Source of the DNA: an uncultured cyanobacterium
GTDB taxonomy: Bacteria; Cyanobacteriota; Cyanobacteriia; Cyanobacteriales; Cyanobacteriaceae
Reading direction: 5' to 3'
DNA length: 64,000 nt
NCBI GenBank assembly: GCA_963749915.1
Contig: CAVVOP010000022.1
Location: 480,001 to 544,000, forward strand
Part shown: positions 54,517-64,000 of the stretch, piece by piece
Layout of the letters: each line of letters opens with the position of its first letter
Numbering within the stretch: position 1 is the first letter of the stretch
Notes under the pieces: model-generated
What the model saw: the letters and a program-made list of their open reading frames with translations, nothing else
The model's database searches: none
What the model was told of the DNA's origin: nothing
Position numbers and translations under genes: made by a program

Positions 54517-55119
54517 ATGAATGCGTTTCGAGTCGGAATTGCTGGTCCTGTGGGCTCGGGAAAAACTGCCCTGTTAGATGGTCTTTGTAAAAGAATGCGA
54601 GAATATTGGCAAATTGGGGTAGTAACTAATGATATCTATACCCAGGAAGATGCTCAATTTTTAGTACGTTCCCAAGCATTACCCCAAGAGAGAATTATCG
54701 GGGTAGAAACGGGGGGATGTCCTCATACGGCTATTCGAGAAGATGCCTCAATTAACCTAGTTGCCATGGAAGAATTGGAGTTAAAATTTCCTCAATTAGA
54801 CTTGATTTTTCTCGAAAGCGGTGGCGATAATTTAGCAGCAACTTTTAGCCCCGAATTAGTAGACCTAACTATTTATGTTATCGATGTAGCCGCAGGGGAT
54901 AAAATTCCCCGTAAGGGCGGTCCAGGAATCACTAAATCCGACTTACTGGTGATTAATAAAATAGACATTGCCCCTCAAGTCGGAGCGGATTTAAGGGTGA
55001 TGGCAAGGGATAGTAAAAAAATGCGCATAGATAAACCTTTTGTCTTTACCAACTTAAAAACAAAGGAAGGGCTTGGGCAAGTTATAGTATTTATTGAATC
55101 CTATTTGCAAACTAAATAA
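54517..55119 (+). CDS. ureG: Urease accessory GTPase UreG
   Basis: [32 protein letters not shown]. Confidence 0.97.
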   Translation: MNAFRVGIAGPVGSGKTALLDGLCKRMREYWQIGVVTNDIYTQEDAQFLVRSQALPQERIIGVETGGCPHTAIREDASINLVAMEELELKFPQLDLIFLESGGDNLAATFSPELVDLTIYVIDVAAGDKIPRKGGPGITKSDLLVINKIDIAPQVGADLRVMARDSKKMRIDKPFVFTNLKTKEGLGQVIVFIESYLQTK

Positions 55120-55138
55120 ACTGTAGTTACAACTTTAA

Positions 55139-56005
55139 TTGTCTATTATAAAAACCGACGATGATGCTAGTATCAAAATGTCAGAATGGGAAGGTGTTTT
55201 AAATCTCACTTATCAAAAAATCGGGAGTAAGACTAAAATTATTTCAGCTTATAGTAAAGCTCCGTTAAAAATTCAATCACCTTTTTATCCCGAAGGAGAA
55301 GAAATTTGTCACAGTGTTTCGTTACACACGGCAGGGGGAATAGTAGGCGGCGATCGACTATTACAAAATATCCATCTTTTCCCTGATTCCCAATCCCTAA
55401 TTACCACTGCTGCAGCAGGAAAAATCTATCGCAGCAACGGGAAAAGTGCTCAACAAGAGATTAATATTAAACTTGAAAACAATGCCTGTATAGAATTTTT
55501 ACCCCAAGAAAATATTGTTTTTAATGGGGCAATTTTTCAACAAAATCTACAAGTAGAACTAGAAGAAAATACCACCTTTTTGGGCTGGGAAATTACCCGA
55601 TTTGGACGCACAGCAAGAAAAGAAATTTTTGGTCAAGGCGACTGGAAATCAAAGACAGAAATCTGGCAAGATGGTCAACCTCTGTGGATCGATCGTCAAT
55701 GGTTACCGGGTAATAAACAAGTATTTTATAGTAACAATGGATTGGCCGGTCAACCCGTTGTCGGAACGTTAACTTATATTGGTCTAAAAGTTACACCTGA
55801 ATTGTTAACTGCAATCCGTCAATTATGGCAAAACGGCGACAACCGAGGAGAAGCTGGAGTAACACAACTAATTCAAGGTTTAATCTGTCGTTATCGGGGA
55901 GACTCCACAGCAGAAGTCAAAAACTGGTTTCTCGATGTTTGGGGACTTCTGCGCTCACAATACTTAGAAAGGGGTGCAATTAAATCAAGAATCTGGCAAA
56001 TTTAG
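55139..56005 (+). CDS. ureD: Urease accessory protein UreD
   Basis: PLKIQSPFYPEG, HTAGGIVGGD, KIYRS, LPQE, GWEITRFGR; start may be the ATG at 55178. Confidence 0.93.
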   Translation: MSIIKTDDDASIKMSEWEGVLNLTYQKIGSKTKIISAYSKAPLKIQSPFYPEGEEICHSVSLHTAGGIVGGDRLLQNIHLFPDSQSLITTAAAGKIYRSNGKSAQQEINIKLENNACIEFLPQENIVFNGAIFQQNLQVELEENTTFLGWEITRFGRTARKEIFGQGDWKSKTEIWQDGQPLWIDRQWLPGNKQVFYSNNGLAGQPVVGTLTYIGLKVTPELLTAIRQLWQNGDNRGEAGVTQLIQGLICRYRGDSTAEVKNWFLDVWGLLRSQYLERGAIKSRIWQI

Positions 56006-56190
56006 ATTAGACTTTTAATCCAAATAAATTTAACTGATAATTAAGTTAATTTTATATTTACGCTTTCTTTATATAAAAATATTTTATAATTTAGTTAAGA
56101 AATTGACATTTTACAAGACTAGGGAATTGAGCCAATAATAGGAATATAGAAATAAGTAAAAAATAAATCCCAGAAAAAGGAGGCTTTGTT

Positions 56191-57918
56191 ATGGTTGCAG
56201 TCACTACGAAAGAACATAAAAAAATGGTCGGTCGTTTAACAATGCAAAAAGTAAATATAGGAGATGAAACTATAGCACTTCGCAGCTTAGACTGGGATAG
56301 AGATCGTTTTGATATTGAGTTTGGTTTAAGGAATGGAACTACCTACAATTCTTTTATTATCAAAGGGGAAAAAACGGCTTTAATTGACACTAGCCATAGA
56401 AAATTTGAGTCTTTATATCTGGAAACGTTAAAGGAATCAACTGATTTATCCTATTTAGATTATCTAATTATTAGCCACACAGAACCTGATCATAGTGGCT
56501 TAGTTAAAGATGTTTTAGCATTAGCACCGAATGTAACAGTAATTGGGGCAAAGGTAGCGATTCAATTTTTAGAAAATATGGTGCACCAAACCTTTAAACA
56601 CAGAATCGTCAAAAGTGGGGATAAACTAGATTTAGGAAATGGCCATGAATTAGAATTTATTTCAGCACCTAATTTACACTGGCCTGACACAATCTTCACT
56701 TATGACATCAAAACGCAAATTTTGTTTACTTGTGATGCTTTTGGGATGCACTATTGCGACGATCATACTTATGACTCCGAACCCTCATTTTTAGAGGCTG
56801 ATTTTCAATATTACTATGACTGTTTAATGGGGCCAAATGCTCGTTCGGTGTTAGGAGCGATTAAACGGATAGATAAGCTAGATGTCGGCCTAATTGCGAC
56901 GGGTCATGGTCCGTTATTGAAATATCATCTTACCGACTGGGTTAGTTCTTATAAACAATGGAGTGAAGCACAGACCAAAACAGAAACTTATGTGGCGGTA
57001 TTTTATAGTTCAGACTACGGTTATAGTGAACAAATTGCCAGAGCCATCGCCCTTGGGATTGAGAAAACGGGAGTTGATGTAGAGTTAGTAGAATATGGGG
57101 ATACTGACACCGGGGAAACCCGAGAAGTTGTCAGTCAAGCGGCGGGTTTAGTTATCGGAATGCCCTCACAAACCGATGTTGCGGGTCATGCGATCCTAAG
57201 TACCATCCTAGCTTCTGCGAACCGGAAACAGGCATTCGGACTTTTTGAAACGGGAGGTTGGCAAGATGAACCAATTTATCCCTTACGCAACAAATTTCAA
57301 GAAATCGCTTTAACGGAGGCATTTCCCCCAATTTTAATCAAAGAAACACCGACCACTTTGACTGAAAAATGTGGCGAAGAAGCGGGGGTTGATTTAGGTC
57401 AATGGTTAAACAGGGATCGGACTGTCAAAGAGATCAAATCCCTTGATCAGAACCTCGATAAAGCTTTAGGCCGTATTAGCGGTGGGTTGTATATTATTAC
57501 AGCGAAAAAAGAGGAAGTCCACAGTGCCATGTTAGCTTCTTGGGTCATGCAGGCGAGTAATTCACCATTAGGGGTGGCCATCGCCGTTGCTAAAGACCGT
57601 GCCATTGAATCATTATTACAAGTGGGCGATCGATTTGTGCTAAATGTACTAGAAGAGGGTAACTATCAAGAGTTAATGAGGCATTTTCTGAAACGTTTTG
57701 CTCCCGGGGGCGATCGTTTTGAGGGAATCAAGACCTATCAAGGGAATAACGGTTCACCGATTTTAGCAGAAGCTTTAGCCTATATGGAATGCGAAGTAAC
57801 AACCCGTTTAGAGTGTAGTGATCATTGGATTGTTTATAGCATAGTAGAAACGGGACGAGTAGCGAACCCTGACGCTTTAACGGCTGTACACCACCGCAAA
57901 GTAGGCAACCATTATTAA
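56191..57918 (+). CDS. flv4: Flavodiiron protein Flv4
   Basis: Canonical SHTEPDHSG diiron motif, HWPD, flavodoxin and flavin-reductase domains; first gene of a flv-psiE-flv triad like Synechocystis sll0217-0219. Confidence 0.85.
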   Translation: MVAVTTKEHKKMVGRLTMQKVNIGDETIALRSLDWDRDRFDIEFGLRNGTTYNSFIIKGEKTALIDTSHRKFESLYLETLKESTDLSYLDYLIISHTEPDHSGLVKDVLALAPNVTVIGAKVAIQFLENMVHQTFKHRIVKSGDKLDLGNGHELEFISAPNLHWPDTIFTYDIKTQILFTCDAFGMHYCDDHTYDSEPSFLEADFQYYYDCLMGPNARSVLGAIKRIDKLDVGLIATGHGPLLKYHLTDWVSSYKQWSEAQTKTETYVAVFYSSDYGYSEQIARAIALGIEKTGVDVELVEYGDTDTGETREVVSQAAGLVIGMPSQTDVAGHAILSTILASANRKQAFGLFETGGWQDEPIYPLRNKFQEIALTEAFPPILIKETPTTLTEKCGEEAGVDLGQWLNRDRTVKEIKSLDQNLDKALGRISGGLYIITAKKEEVHSAMLASWVMQASNSPLGVAIAVAKDRAIESLLQVGDRFVLNVLEEGNYQELMRHFLKRFAPGGDRFEGIKTYQGNNGSPILAEALAYMECEVTTRLECSDHWIVYSIVETGRVANPDALTAVHHRKVGNHY

Positions 57919-57943
57919 CAGTTGATAGTTGATAGTTAAATAC

Positions 57944-57974
57944 TCCCCCCTTATTAAGGGGGTTGGGGGGGATC
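57944..57974. repeat. Cyanobacterial GC-rich short dispersed palindromic repeat
   Basis: CTCCCCCCTTATTAAGGGGGTTGGGGGGGATC. Confidence 0.7.
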
Positions 57975-58021
57975 AAAAGTAACTTTGTTCAAAATAGCTA
58001 ATTCTATATCAGAAAAAAATC

Positions 58022-58519
58022 ATGTACAAATCATTTCCCAATTCTTCTGTTGAAAGAGAAAGCTGGTTAAATTTAGGTCGTATTGTGCAAACCTTGGAAC
58101 TAATTCAAGATTTAATAGTTATTTGTCTCTGTTTTGGTTTATTTGGCTTCATGGTACTGCAAATAAAAACCATGTTTATGACTTTATTGTTACCGTTGCA
58201 ATTTCATACAGTTACAGCAGATATTCTCTCCTTGCTAATTTTGGTGGAATTATTCCGTTTGCTGATTATTTATTTACAAGAACAACGTATTTCGATAGGC
58301 GTTGCAGTTGAAGTATCAATTGTTTCCGTATTAAGAGAAGTCCTTGTTAACGGTGTGTTAGAAACCAACTCAACTCAAATGCTGGCCACTTGTGGATTTT
58401 TACTGGTTCTTGGTGCATTGATGGTATTAAGAGTTTGGCTACCTCCCACTTTTGAAGGTGTTGATCCAGAGCAGAAAGTGTCTGAAAAACATCAAAAACA
58501 CCGCCTTAACCAAGAATAA
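58022..58519 (+). CDS. PsiE-family membrane protein (Sll0218 homologue)
   Basis: Four TM segments, LILVELFRLLIIYL, EVSIVSVLRE; lies between the two flv genes. Confidence 0.85.
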   Translation: MYKSFPNSSVERESWLNLGRIVQTLELIQDLIVICLCFGLFGFMVLQIKTMFMTLLLPLQFHTVTADILSLLILVELFRLLIIYLQEQRISIGVAVEVSIVSVLREVLVNGVLETNSTQMLATCGFLLVLGALMVLRVWLPPTFEGVDPEQKVSEKHQKHRLNQE

Positions 58520-58528
58520 TAAGCTAGT

Positions 58529-58710
58529 TTGTAGGGTGTGTCACACAGACAAACTATCGGTTTAATCTTTATTTCTTCATGTGACGCACCCATTTTGTGA
58601 GATACAGCCTTTATTTCGTGTAAACCTGTTACAAACCCCATTAATAAGGTGCGTCACCAGCAAAGATGACCTCTTTAAGCAATAATTTGTTACGGTGACG
58701 CACCCTACAA
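58529..58710. repeat. GTAG-type REP/REPIN-like composite palindrome
   Basis: Outer TTGTAGGGTGTGTCAC ... GTGACGCACCCTACAA with inner GTGACGCACCC and GGTGCGTCACC units. Confidence 0.75.
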
Positions 58711-58751
58711 TATTTAAAAATCAAATTAATCACTAATGAGAGGATATAATT

Positions 58752-60476
58752 ATGGAGACTTCAACCTTATCAACTCAAACTACCAATATTCGGGATGTCC
58801 AAGTAGCGGAAATTGCTAGTAATACAACAATTTTCAGATCCCGTACTTGGGATCGTCTCAAATTTGAAGTTGAATATGCCCGACAAAAGGGTACAACTGC
58901 AAATTCTTACTTGATTCAAGCTGACAAGACTGCTTTAATTGACCCCCCTGGCGAGTCATTTACGGAAATTTTCTTGAATAAATTAGAGCAGCATTTTAGT
59001 TTAGAACAGTTAGATTATCTAATTCTCGGTCATGTTAATGCTAACCGAATCACGACTTTAAAACGTATCCTTCAAACTTCCCCTCATGTTGTGGTTATTT
59101 GTTCTAAACCTGCAGCAAAAAGTTTAAAAACAGTATTTCCCCAGTATTCAGCACAAATTCAAACTGCTGGTTCTGATTTAGATTTAGGACAAGGCCATCA
59201 ATTAAAATTTATCTCTGTACCAACTCCTCGTTGGCCCGATGGTTTATGTACTTACGATCCCGCAACTGCTATTCTTTATACCGATAAGTTTTTCGGAGTT
59301 CATGTTTGTAGTAATAATCTTTGGGATGAAGATTGGAAAAAATTGGATAGTGATCGCCGTTATTATTTTGATTGTCTTCACAGCAACCAAGTCAAACAAG
59401 TGGAAACTGCTTTAGACAAATTCGACACCCTAACTGCTAAATATTATGCTCCGAATCATGGTCCTTTGATCCGTTATAGTTTGAGTCGTTTAACCTACGA
59501 TTATCGTCAATGGTGTCAACAACAACAAACCCAAACTTTGAGTGTGGCTTTGCTTTATGCTTCTGCTTACGGTAGCACGACGAAATTAGGGGAGGCCATC
59601 GCCCAAGGATTAGAAGAACAACAACTTAAGGTTAAATTAATTGACTGCGAATTGGCCACGCCTGAGGAAATTGCAGAAGCAGTGCAAACTGCAGACGGTT
59701 TTATCATCGGTTCCCCCACTTTGGGTGGTCATGCGCCCGTACAAATGCAAACTGCTTTGGGACTTGTCCTTAACGCAGCACCGAAGACCAAACTAGCTGG
59801 AGTGTTCGGGTCATTTGGTTGGAGTGGGGAAGCCGTCGATTTAATTGAAGGAAAATTACGAGATGCTAATTATCGTTTTGGTTTTGAGACTATCCGCGTG
59901 CGTTTCACACCTAGCCAAGATGATTTAGAAACCGCCAAAAAAGCGGGGGCAGAATTTGCCCAAACCTTGCAAAAATTGAAAAAAAATCGTCCCCAAGGTA
60001 CTGAAACATCCAGCACTTTAAGTTCCGCACGTACAGAACAAGCAGTCAGCCGCCTTGTGGGTTCTCTGTGCGTAATAACTTTTAAACAAGGGGATATTGA
60101 CAGGGGTGTTCTTAGTAGTTCCATCTCTCAAGCTAGTTTTACTCCTCCCGGAATTATGATTTCAGTTAGTGAGGAGCAAAAAGCCGATTTAATTAGGGAA
60201 ACAGGGACTTCTTTTGTAGTTAATCTTCTTAAAGAGGGACGTAATTTACGCCGTTATTTTGACCCTCGTTCCCCTCAATCTAGCGATCCTTTCGCCGAAT
60301 TAAGCACCAAAATAGCTAATAATAGTTGCCTGATTTTAACTGAAGCTTTAGCCTATTTAGAATGTACCGTCAAACAAAGTGTTAAATTTGGCGATAAATG
60401 GCTTATTTATGCTCTTGTCAATCAAGGTGAACTCCTGGAAAAAGTGGGTCTGACAGCGATCGCCCACCGTAAATAA
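58752..60476 (+). CDS. flv2: Flavodiiron protein Flv2 (non-canonical diiron site)
   Basis: GHVNANR replaces HxExDH; RWPDG, YTDKFFG; flavodoxin (YASAYG, GSPTLGG) and reductase domains. Confidence 0.85.
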   Translation: METSTLSTQTTNIRDVQVAEIASNTTIFRSRTWDRLKFEVEYARQKGTTANSYLIQADKTALIDPPGESFTEIFLNKLEQHFSLEQLDYLILGHVNANRITTLKRILQTSPHVVVICSKPAAKSLKTVFPQYSAQIQTAGSDLDLGQGHQLKFISVPTPRWPDGLCTYDPATAILYTDKFFGVHVCSNNLWDEDWKKLDSDRRYYFDCLHSNQVKQVETALDKFDTLTAKYYAPNHGPLIRYSLSRLTYDYRQWCQQQQTQTLSVALLYASAYGSTTKLGEAIAQGLEEQQLKVKLIDCELATPEEIAEAVQTADGFIIGSPTLGGHAPVQMQTALGLVLNAAPKTKLAGVFGSFGWSGEAVDLIEGKLRDANYRFGFETIRVRFTPSQDDLETAKKAGAEFAQTLQKLKKNRPQGTETSSTLSSARTEQAVSRLVGSLCVITFKQGDIDRGVLSSSISQASFTPPGIMISVSEEQKADLIRETGTSFVVNLLKEGRNLRRYFDPRSPQSSDPFAELSTKIANNSCLILTEALAYLECTVKQSVKFGDKWLIYALVNQGELLEKVGLTAIAHRK

Positions 60477-60519
60477 AGTCAGTAGTGGTAGAATGCAGAA
60501 TTAAGAATGTAGAATGTAG

Positions 60520-60576
60520 AACTGAGATCTTGCACCAGTACATAAATACTCAATAAAAGGTGCAAGATCTTCAGTT
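60520..60576. repeat. Inverted repeat / minimal MITE-like element after flv2
   Basis: AACTGAGATCTTGCACC-N22-GGTGCAAGATCTTCAGTT, preceded by AGAATGT heptamers. Confidence 0.65.
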
Positions 60577-60714
60577 AAATAAAAATCCCTGTAGTCCTTG
60601 AGTTGGACACATCTGAAAAAACGACCTTCATTTTTTGCAACAGGACCTTCTAATTACCTGTTAAGATAATTTACAATACTTAACAAAAAAATAATTCTCG
60701 AAAAGGCAAAGATA

Positions 60715-63700
60715 GTGAAACGCATAGTTTTAATTACGGGATTTGAAACTTTCAATAGTAGTTTATATCGCCAAGCCGCACATATTGCCACATCTCGTTG
60801 TGAAAATTTGGAAGTAATCGTCTTCAGTGATAATAGTTTGACTACCGAAAAAGAGAAAGTTGAATCAGCACTACAATCAGCGGATGTTTTCTTTGCCAGT
60901 CTTCTTTTCGATTATGATCAAGTGGTGTGGTTAAGGGAGAGAGTTAGTCATATTCCCATTCGTCTAGTGTTTGAGTCAGCGTTGGAACTGATGAGTCTTA
61001 CTCAAATCGGCAAATTCGCTATCGGGGATAAACCCAAAGGAATGCCTAAGCCGGTGCAATTTATCCTCAGTAAGTTTACCAATAGTAAAGAAGAAGATAA
61101 GTTGGCAGGTTATATTAGTTTCTTAAAAACTGGACCTAAACTATTAAAATACATTCCCGTCAAAAAAGTCCAAGATTTGCGCAATTGGTTAATTATCTAC
61201 GGTTATTGGAATGCTGGAGGAATGGATAACGTTGCCTCGATGTGTTGGGTGATTGCGGAAAAATATCTTGGTTTAACCGTCTCGGAAATTCCTCCTGTTA
61301 TCGAAACTCCAAATATGGGTTTATTGCATCCTGACTCTAATGGTTATTTTCTTTCTCCCCATGAGTATTTGAGTTGGTATCAGGAAAGGCAAAAGGAAGA
61401 AAATGTTAACTTTCAAGTTCCCATTGTCGGAATATTACTCTATCGTAAGCACGTTATCTCGAAACAACCTTATATTCCTCAACTAATTCGCCATTTTGAA
61501 AATGCAGGTTTAATTCCTTTGCCTATATTTATTAATGGCGTCGAAGGTCATGTTGCTGTAAGGGATTGGATGACAACGGATTATGAGCAGGAAAAACGTC
61601 AACGGGGCATTAACCAGATTCCTTCTCTATCTGAAGAGGCAGTGAAAGTGGATGCTATTGTTTCTACTATTGGGTTTCCTTTAGTGGGTGGTCCTGCTGG
61701 CAGTATGGAGGCCGGTAGGCAGGTGGAAGTGGCAAAACGTATCTTAACGGCGAAAAACATTCCTTATATTGTTGCTGCACCTCTTTTAATCCAAGATATT
61801 CATTCATGGGTAAGAAAAGGTATAGGTGGTTTGCAAAGTGTTGTATTATATGCCCTACCGGAGTTAGATGGTGCTATCGACACTATTCCCTTAGGTGGTT
61901 TAGTGGGTGAAGACATTTATTTAATTCCTGAAAGGGTAAAACGTCTTACAGGCAGGATTAATAATTGGATTGCCTTGAGAAGGAAAGAAAAAGGCGATCG
62001 CAAAATTGCTATTATATTGTATGGTTTTCCTCCTGGATATGGTGCAACCGGCACAGCTGCTTTATTAAATGTGCCGAAATCTCTCCATAAACTTTTAACG
62101 GTATTGAAGGAAGAAGGATATAACGCAGGGGAAATTCCCGAAGACGGTGAAGATATTATTAAACAAGTCAAAACTGCCGATGATTTTATCTCTTATTCTC
62201 ATAATGCCCCTAAATCCTCGAAGTTGGGGACTTTTTCTTCTCCGGAATTGGCGGTTGATGAGCAAAATTCCCAGAATAATCTCCCCCAGAATTGGGGGCA
62301 AGGAGGCGAAAATCCGTTAGAATTAGGGGTGAATAGTCAAAATGCTGTGGATGTCAAAACCCTTGATAGATGGTTAGGCTACCTTTTAACTAATCGTATT
62401 CAAAAACAATGGGGTAACTTAACTCAAACAGGCATTAAAACTCAAGGGGATCGCTTTCAAGTTGGTGGATTGCAATTAGGTAATGTCTGGATTGGAGTAC
62501 AACCACCTCTTGGTATAGCAGGCGATCCCATGAGACTAATGTTTGAAAAGGATTTAACCCCTCATCCCCAATACGCCGCCTTTTATAAATGGTTGCAAAA
62601 CGAATTTAAAGCTGATGCCATAATACACTTCGGAATGCACGGCACCGTGGAATGGTTGCCAGGTAACCCTCTCGGCAATACAGGTTACTCATGGCCAGAT
62701 GTATTATTAGGCGACTTACCCAATCTCTATATTTATGCCGCTAACAATCCCTCCGAATCTATGTTGGCAAAAAGACGGGGTTATGGAGTATTAATTTCTC
62801 ACAATGTGCCTCCCTACGGTAGGGCTGGATTATATAAAGAGTTAATGGCGTTAAAAGAGTTAATTAACGAGTATCGGGAAGATAGTGAAAAAAATGCCCT
62901 TTTAAAAGTAGATATCATCCAAAAAATTGTCGATAGTGGCTTAAATAAAGATTGTAAATTTGCCGAAGGAGAAAAACTAGGCATAGAATTTACTGCCGAC
63001 AATGCAAGACTATTTAGTAAAAAAGCCCTTAAGGATTATTTTGTCCAGGTTTATGACTATCTGCAAATTGTCGAACAAAGATTATTCTCATCAGGTTTAC
63101 ATATCTTAGGAGAAAAACCTACCCCGGAGCAATTACAATCTTACCTTGAAGCCTATTTTAACGATACCGAAACCCAACAGGATTTCGCCCAAGAATTGAG
63201 TCAAGGAGATTTATTTACCAGAGTTGAGAAAAAAACCTTAAAAGAAGGGGAATTAAGCCAACGTTTTCAACAACAACAGCTAATTACCGACTTGTTAATG
63301 CAGACAGAAGACGAATTAACTAACCTTGTGCGAGGCTTAAACGGTGAATATATTCCCCCTGCGCCCGGGGGTGATTTACTCAGAGATGGTGCTGGGGTAC
63401 TACCGACAGGACGGAACATTCACGCATTAGATCCCTATCGGATGCCCTCCCCAGGTGCATATCTGAGGGGGAGAGACATTGGCAAGAAAATTATTCAGCA
63501 GAATTTAGCGGAAAATGGTTGTTATCCTGAAACTGTGGCCGTGATGTTATGGGGTTTAGATGCTATCAAAACTAAGGGCGAGTCCATTGGTATTTTACTC
63601 GAATTGGTAGGTGCAGAGCCTGTCAAAGAAGGCACAGGGCGCATTGTGCGTTATGAATTAATGCCATTAGAAAAGGTTGGGCATCCCCGCATCGATATTC

Positions 63701-64000
63701 TAGGTAATTTATCGGGTATTTTTCGAGATACTTTTATCAACATTATCGAATTGTTGGATGATTTATTTCAACGGGCGGCAACCATTGAAGAATCTACGGA
63801 AAATAACTTTATTCGGAAACATTACCTTGAATTACAACAAAAAGGAGTGGAAAATGCTTCTGCACGTCTATTTTCTAACCCTAGCGGCGATTTTGGTTCA
63901 TTAGTAAATGATCAAGTTGTAGATGGTAACTGGGAATCCGGAGATGAATTAGGGGATACATGGAAGAACCGCAACGTTTTCAGCTATGGAAAGCAAGATA
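60715..64000 (+). CDS. bchH: Magnesium chelatase subunit H family protein (BchH/ChlH paralogue), runs off the window end; absent from ORF track
   Basis: GTG start MKRIVLITGFETFN...; IGFPLVGGPAGS, LPELDG, YGFPPGYG, HFGMHGTVEWLPG, AANNPSE..LAKRRG, PGGDLLRDG..VLPTGRNIHALDP. Confidence 0.9.
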   Translation, partial: MKRIVLITGFETFNSSLYRQAAHIATSRCENLEVIVFSDNSLTTEKEKVESALQSADVFFASLLFDYDQVVWLRERVSHIPIRLVFESALELMSLTQIGKFAIGDKPKGMPKPVQFILSKFTNSKEEDKLAGYISFLKTGPKLLKYIPVKKVQDLRNWLIIYGYWNAGGMDNVASMCWVIAEKYLGLTVSEIPPVIETPNMGLLHPDSNGYFLSPHEYLSWYQERQKEENVNFQVPIVGILLYRKHVISKQPYIPQLIRHFENAGLIPLPIFINGVEGHVAVRDWMTTDYEQEKRQRGINQIPSLSEEAVKVDAIVSTIGFPLVGGPAGSMEAGRQVEVAKRILTAKNIPYIVAAPLLIQDIHSWVRKGIGGLQSVVLYALPELDGAIDTIPLGGLVGEDIYLIPERVKRLTGRINNWIALRRKEKGDRKIAIILYGFPPGYGATGTAALLNVPKSLHKLLTVLKEEGYNAGEIPEDGEDIIKQVKTADDFISYSHNAPKSSKLGTFSSPELAVDEQNSQNNLPQNWGQGGENPLELGVNSQNAVDVKTLDRWLGYLLTNRIQKQWGNLTQTGIKTQGDRFQVGGLQLGNVWIGVQPPLGIAGDPMRLMFEKDLTPHPQYAAFYKWLQNEFKADAIIHFGMHGTVEWLPGNPLGNTGYSWPDVLLGDLPNLYIYAANNPSESMLAKRRGYGVLISHNVPPYGRAGLYKELMALKELINEYREDSEKNALLKVDIIQKIVDSGLNKDCKFAEGEKLGIEFTADNARLFSKKALKDYFVQVYDYLQIVEQRLFSSGLHILGEKPTPEQLQSYLEAYFNDTETQQDFAQELSQGDLFTRVEKKTLKEGELSQRFQQQQLITDLLMQTEDELTNLVRGLNGEYIPPAPGGDLLRDGAGVLPTGRNIHALDPYRMPSPGAYLRGRDIGKKIIQQNLAENGCYPETVAVMLWGLDAIKTKGESIGILLELVGAEPVKEGTGRIVRYELMPLEKVGHPRIDILGNLSGIFRDTFINIIELLDDLFQRAATIEESTENNFIRKHYLELQQKGVENASARLFSNPSGDFGSLVNDQVVDGNWESGDELGDTWKNRNVFSYGKQD

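Overview
AT-rich cyanobacterial chromosome segment. Supporting evidence: scattered HIP1 GCGATCGC octamers, heptamer STRR-type repeats, a flv4-sll0218-flv2 operon and cnfR/patB. A unicellular Chroococcales lineage is inferred, not shown. The housekeeping backbone (guaA, class I lysS, upp, era, sodB, gyrA, prx, iscA, pfkA, pstB, tRNA-Gln, aroC, glyA, ureC/EFGD, Mg-chelatase H paralogue) is interrupted by three accessory blocks. (1) An ISL3-bounded block at 19246-23761 carrying an IS982 remnant and a PIN toxin-antitoxin pair, flanked by a shared 8-bp direct repeat. (2) The main finding: a complete lasso-peptide (RiPP) cluster at 23892-32222 with ABC exporter, nucleotidyltransferase, B1/RRE, B2 protease, HPr-type kinase, lasso cyclase and a PRMT-fold methyltransferase with an RRE-like tail. 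Its 43-aa precursor (30718-30849, predicted core GGSSGTPETAMNPIGARP) is missing from the ORF track and has its own TTGACA-17-TATGAT promoter. The core lacks the C-terminal Ser used by characterised lasso kinases and nucleotidyltransferases, so the tailoring chemistry is probably new. (3) A decayed foreign restriction-modification island at about 43870-48200 whose endonuclease/helicase gene is split by an intact Fic gene. Several MITE/REP-like elements and frameshifted genes are also visible. All calls are by-eye motif recognition; no database searches were run.
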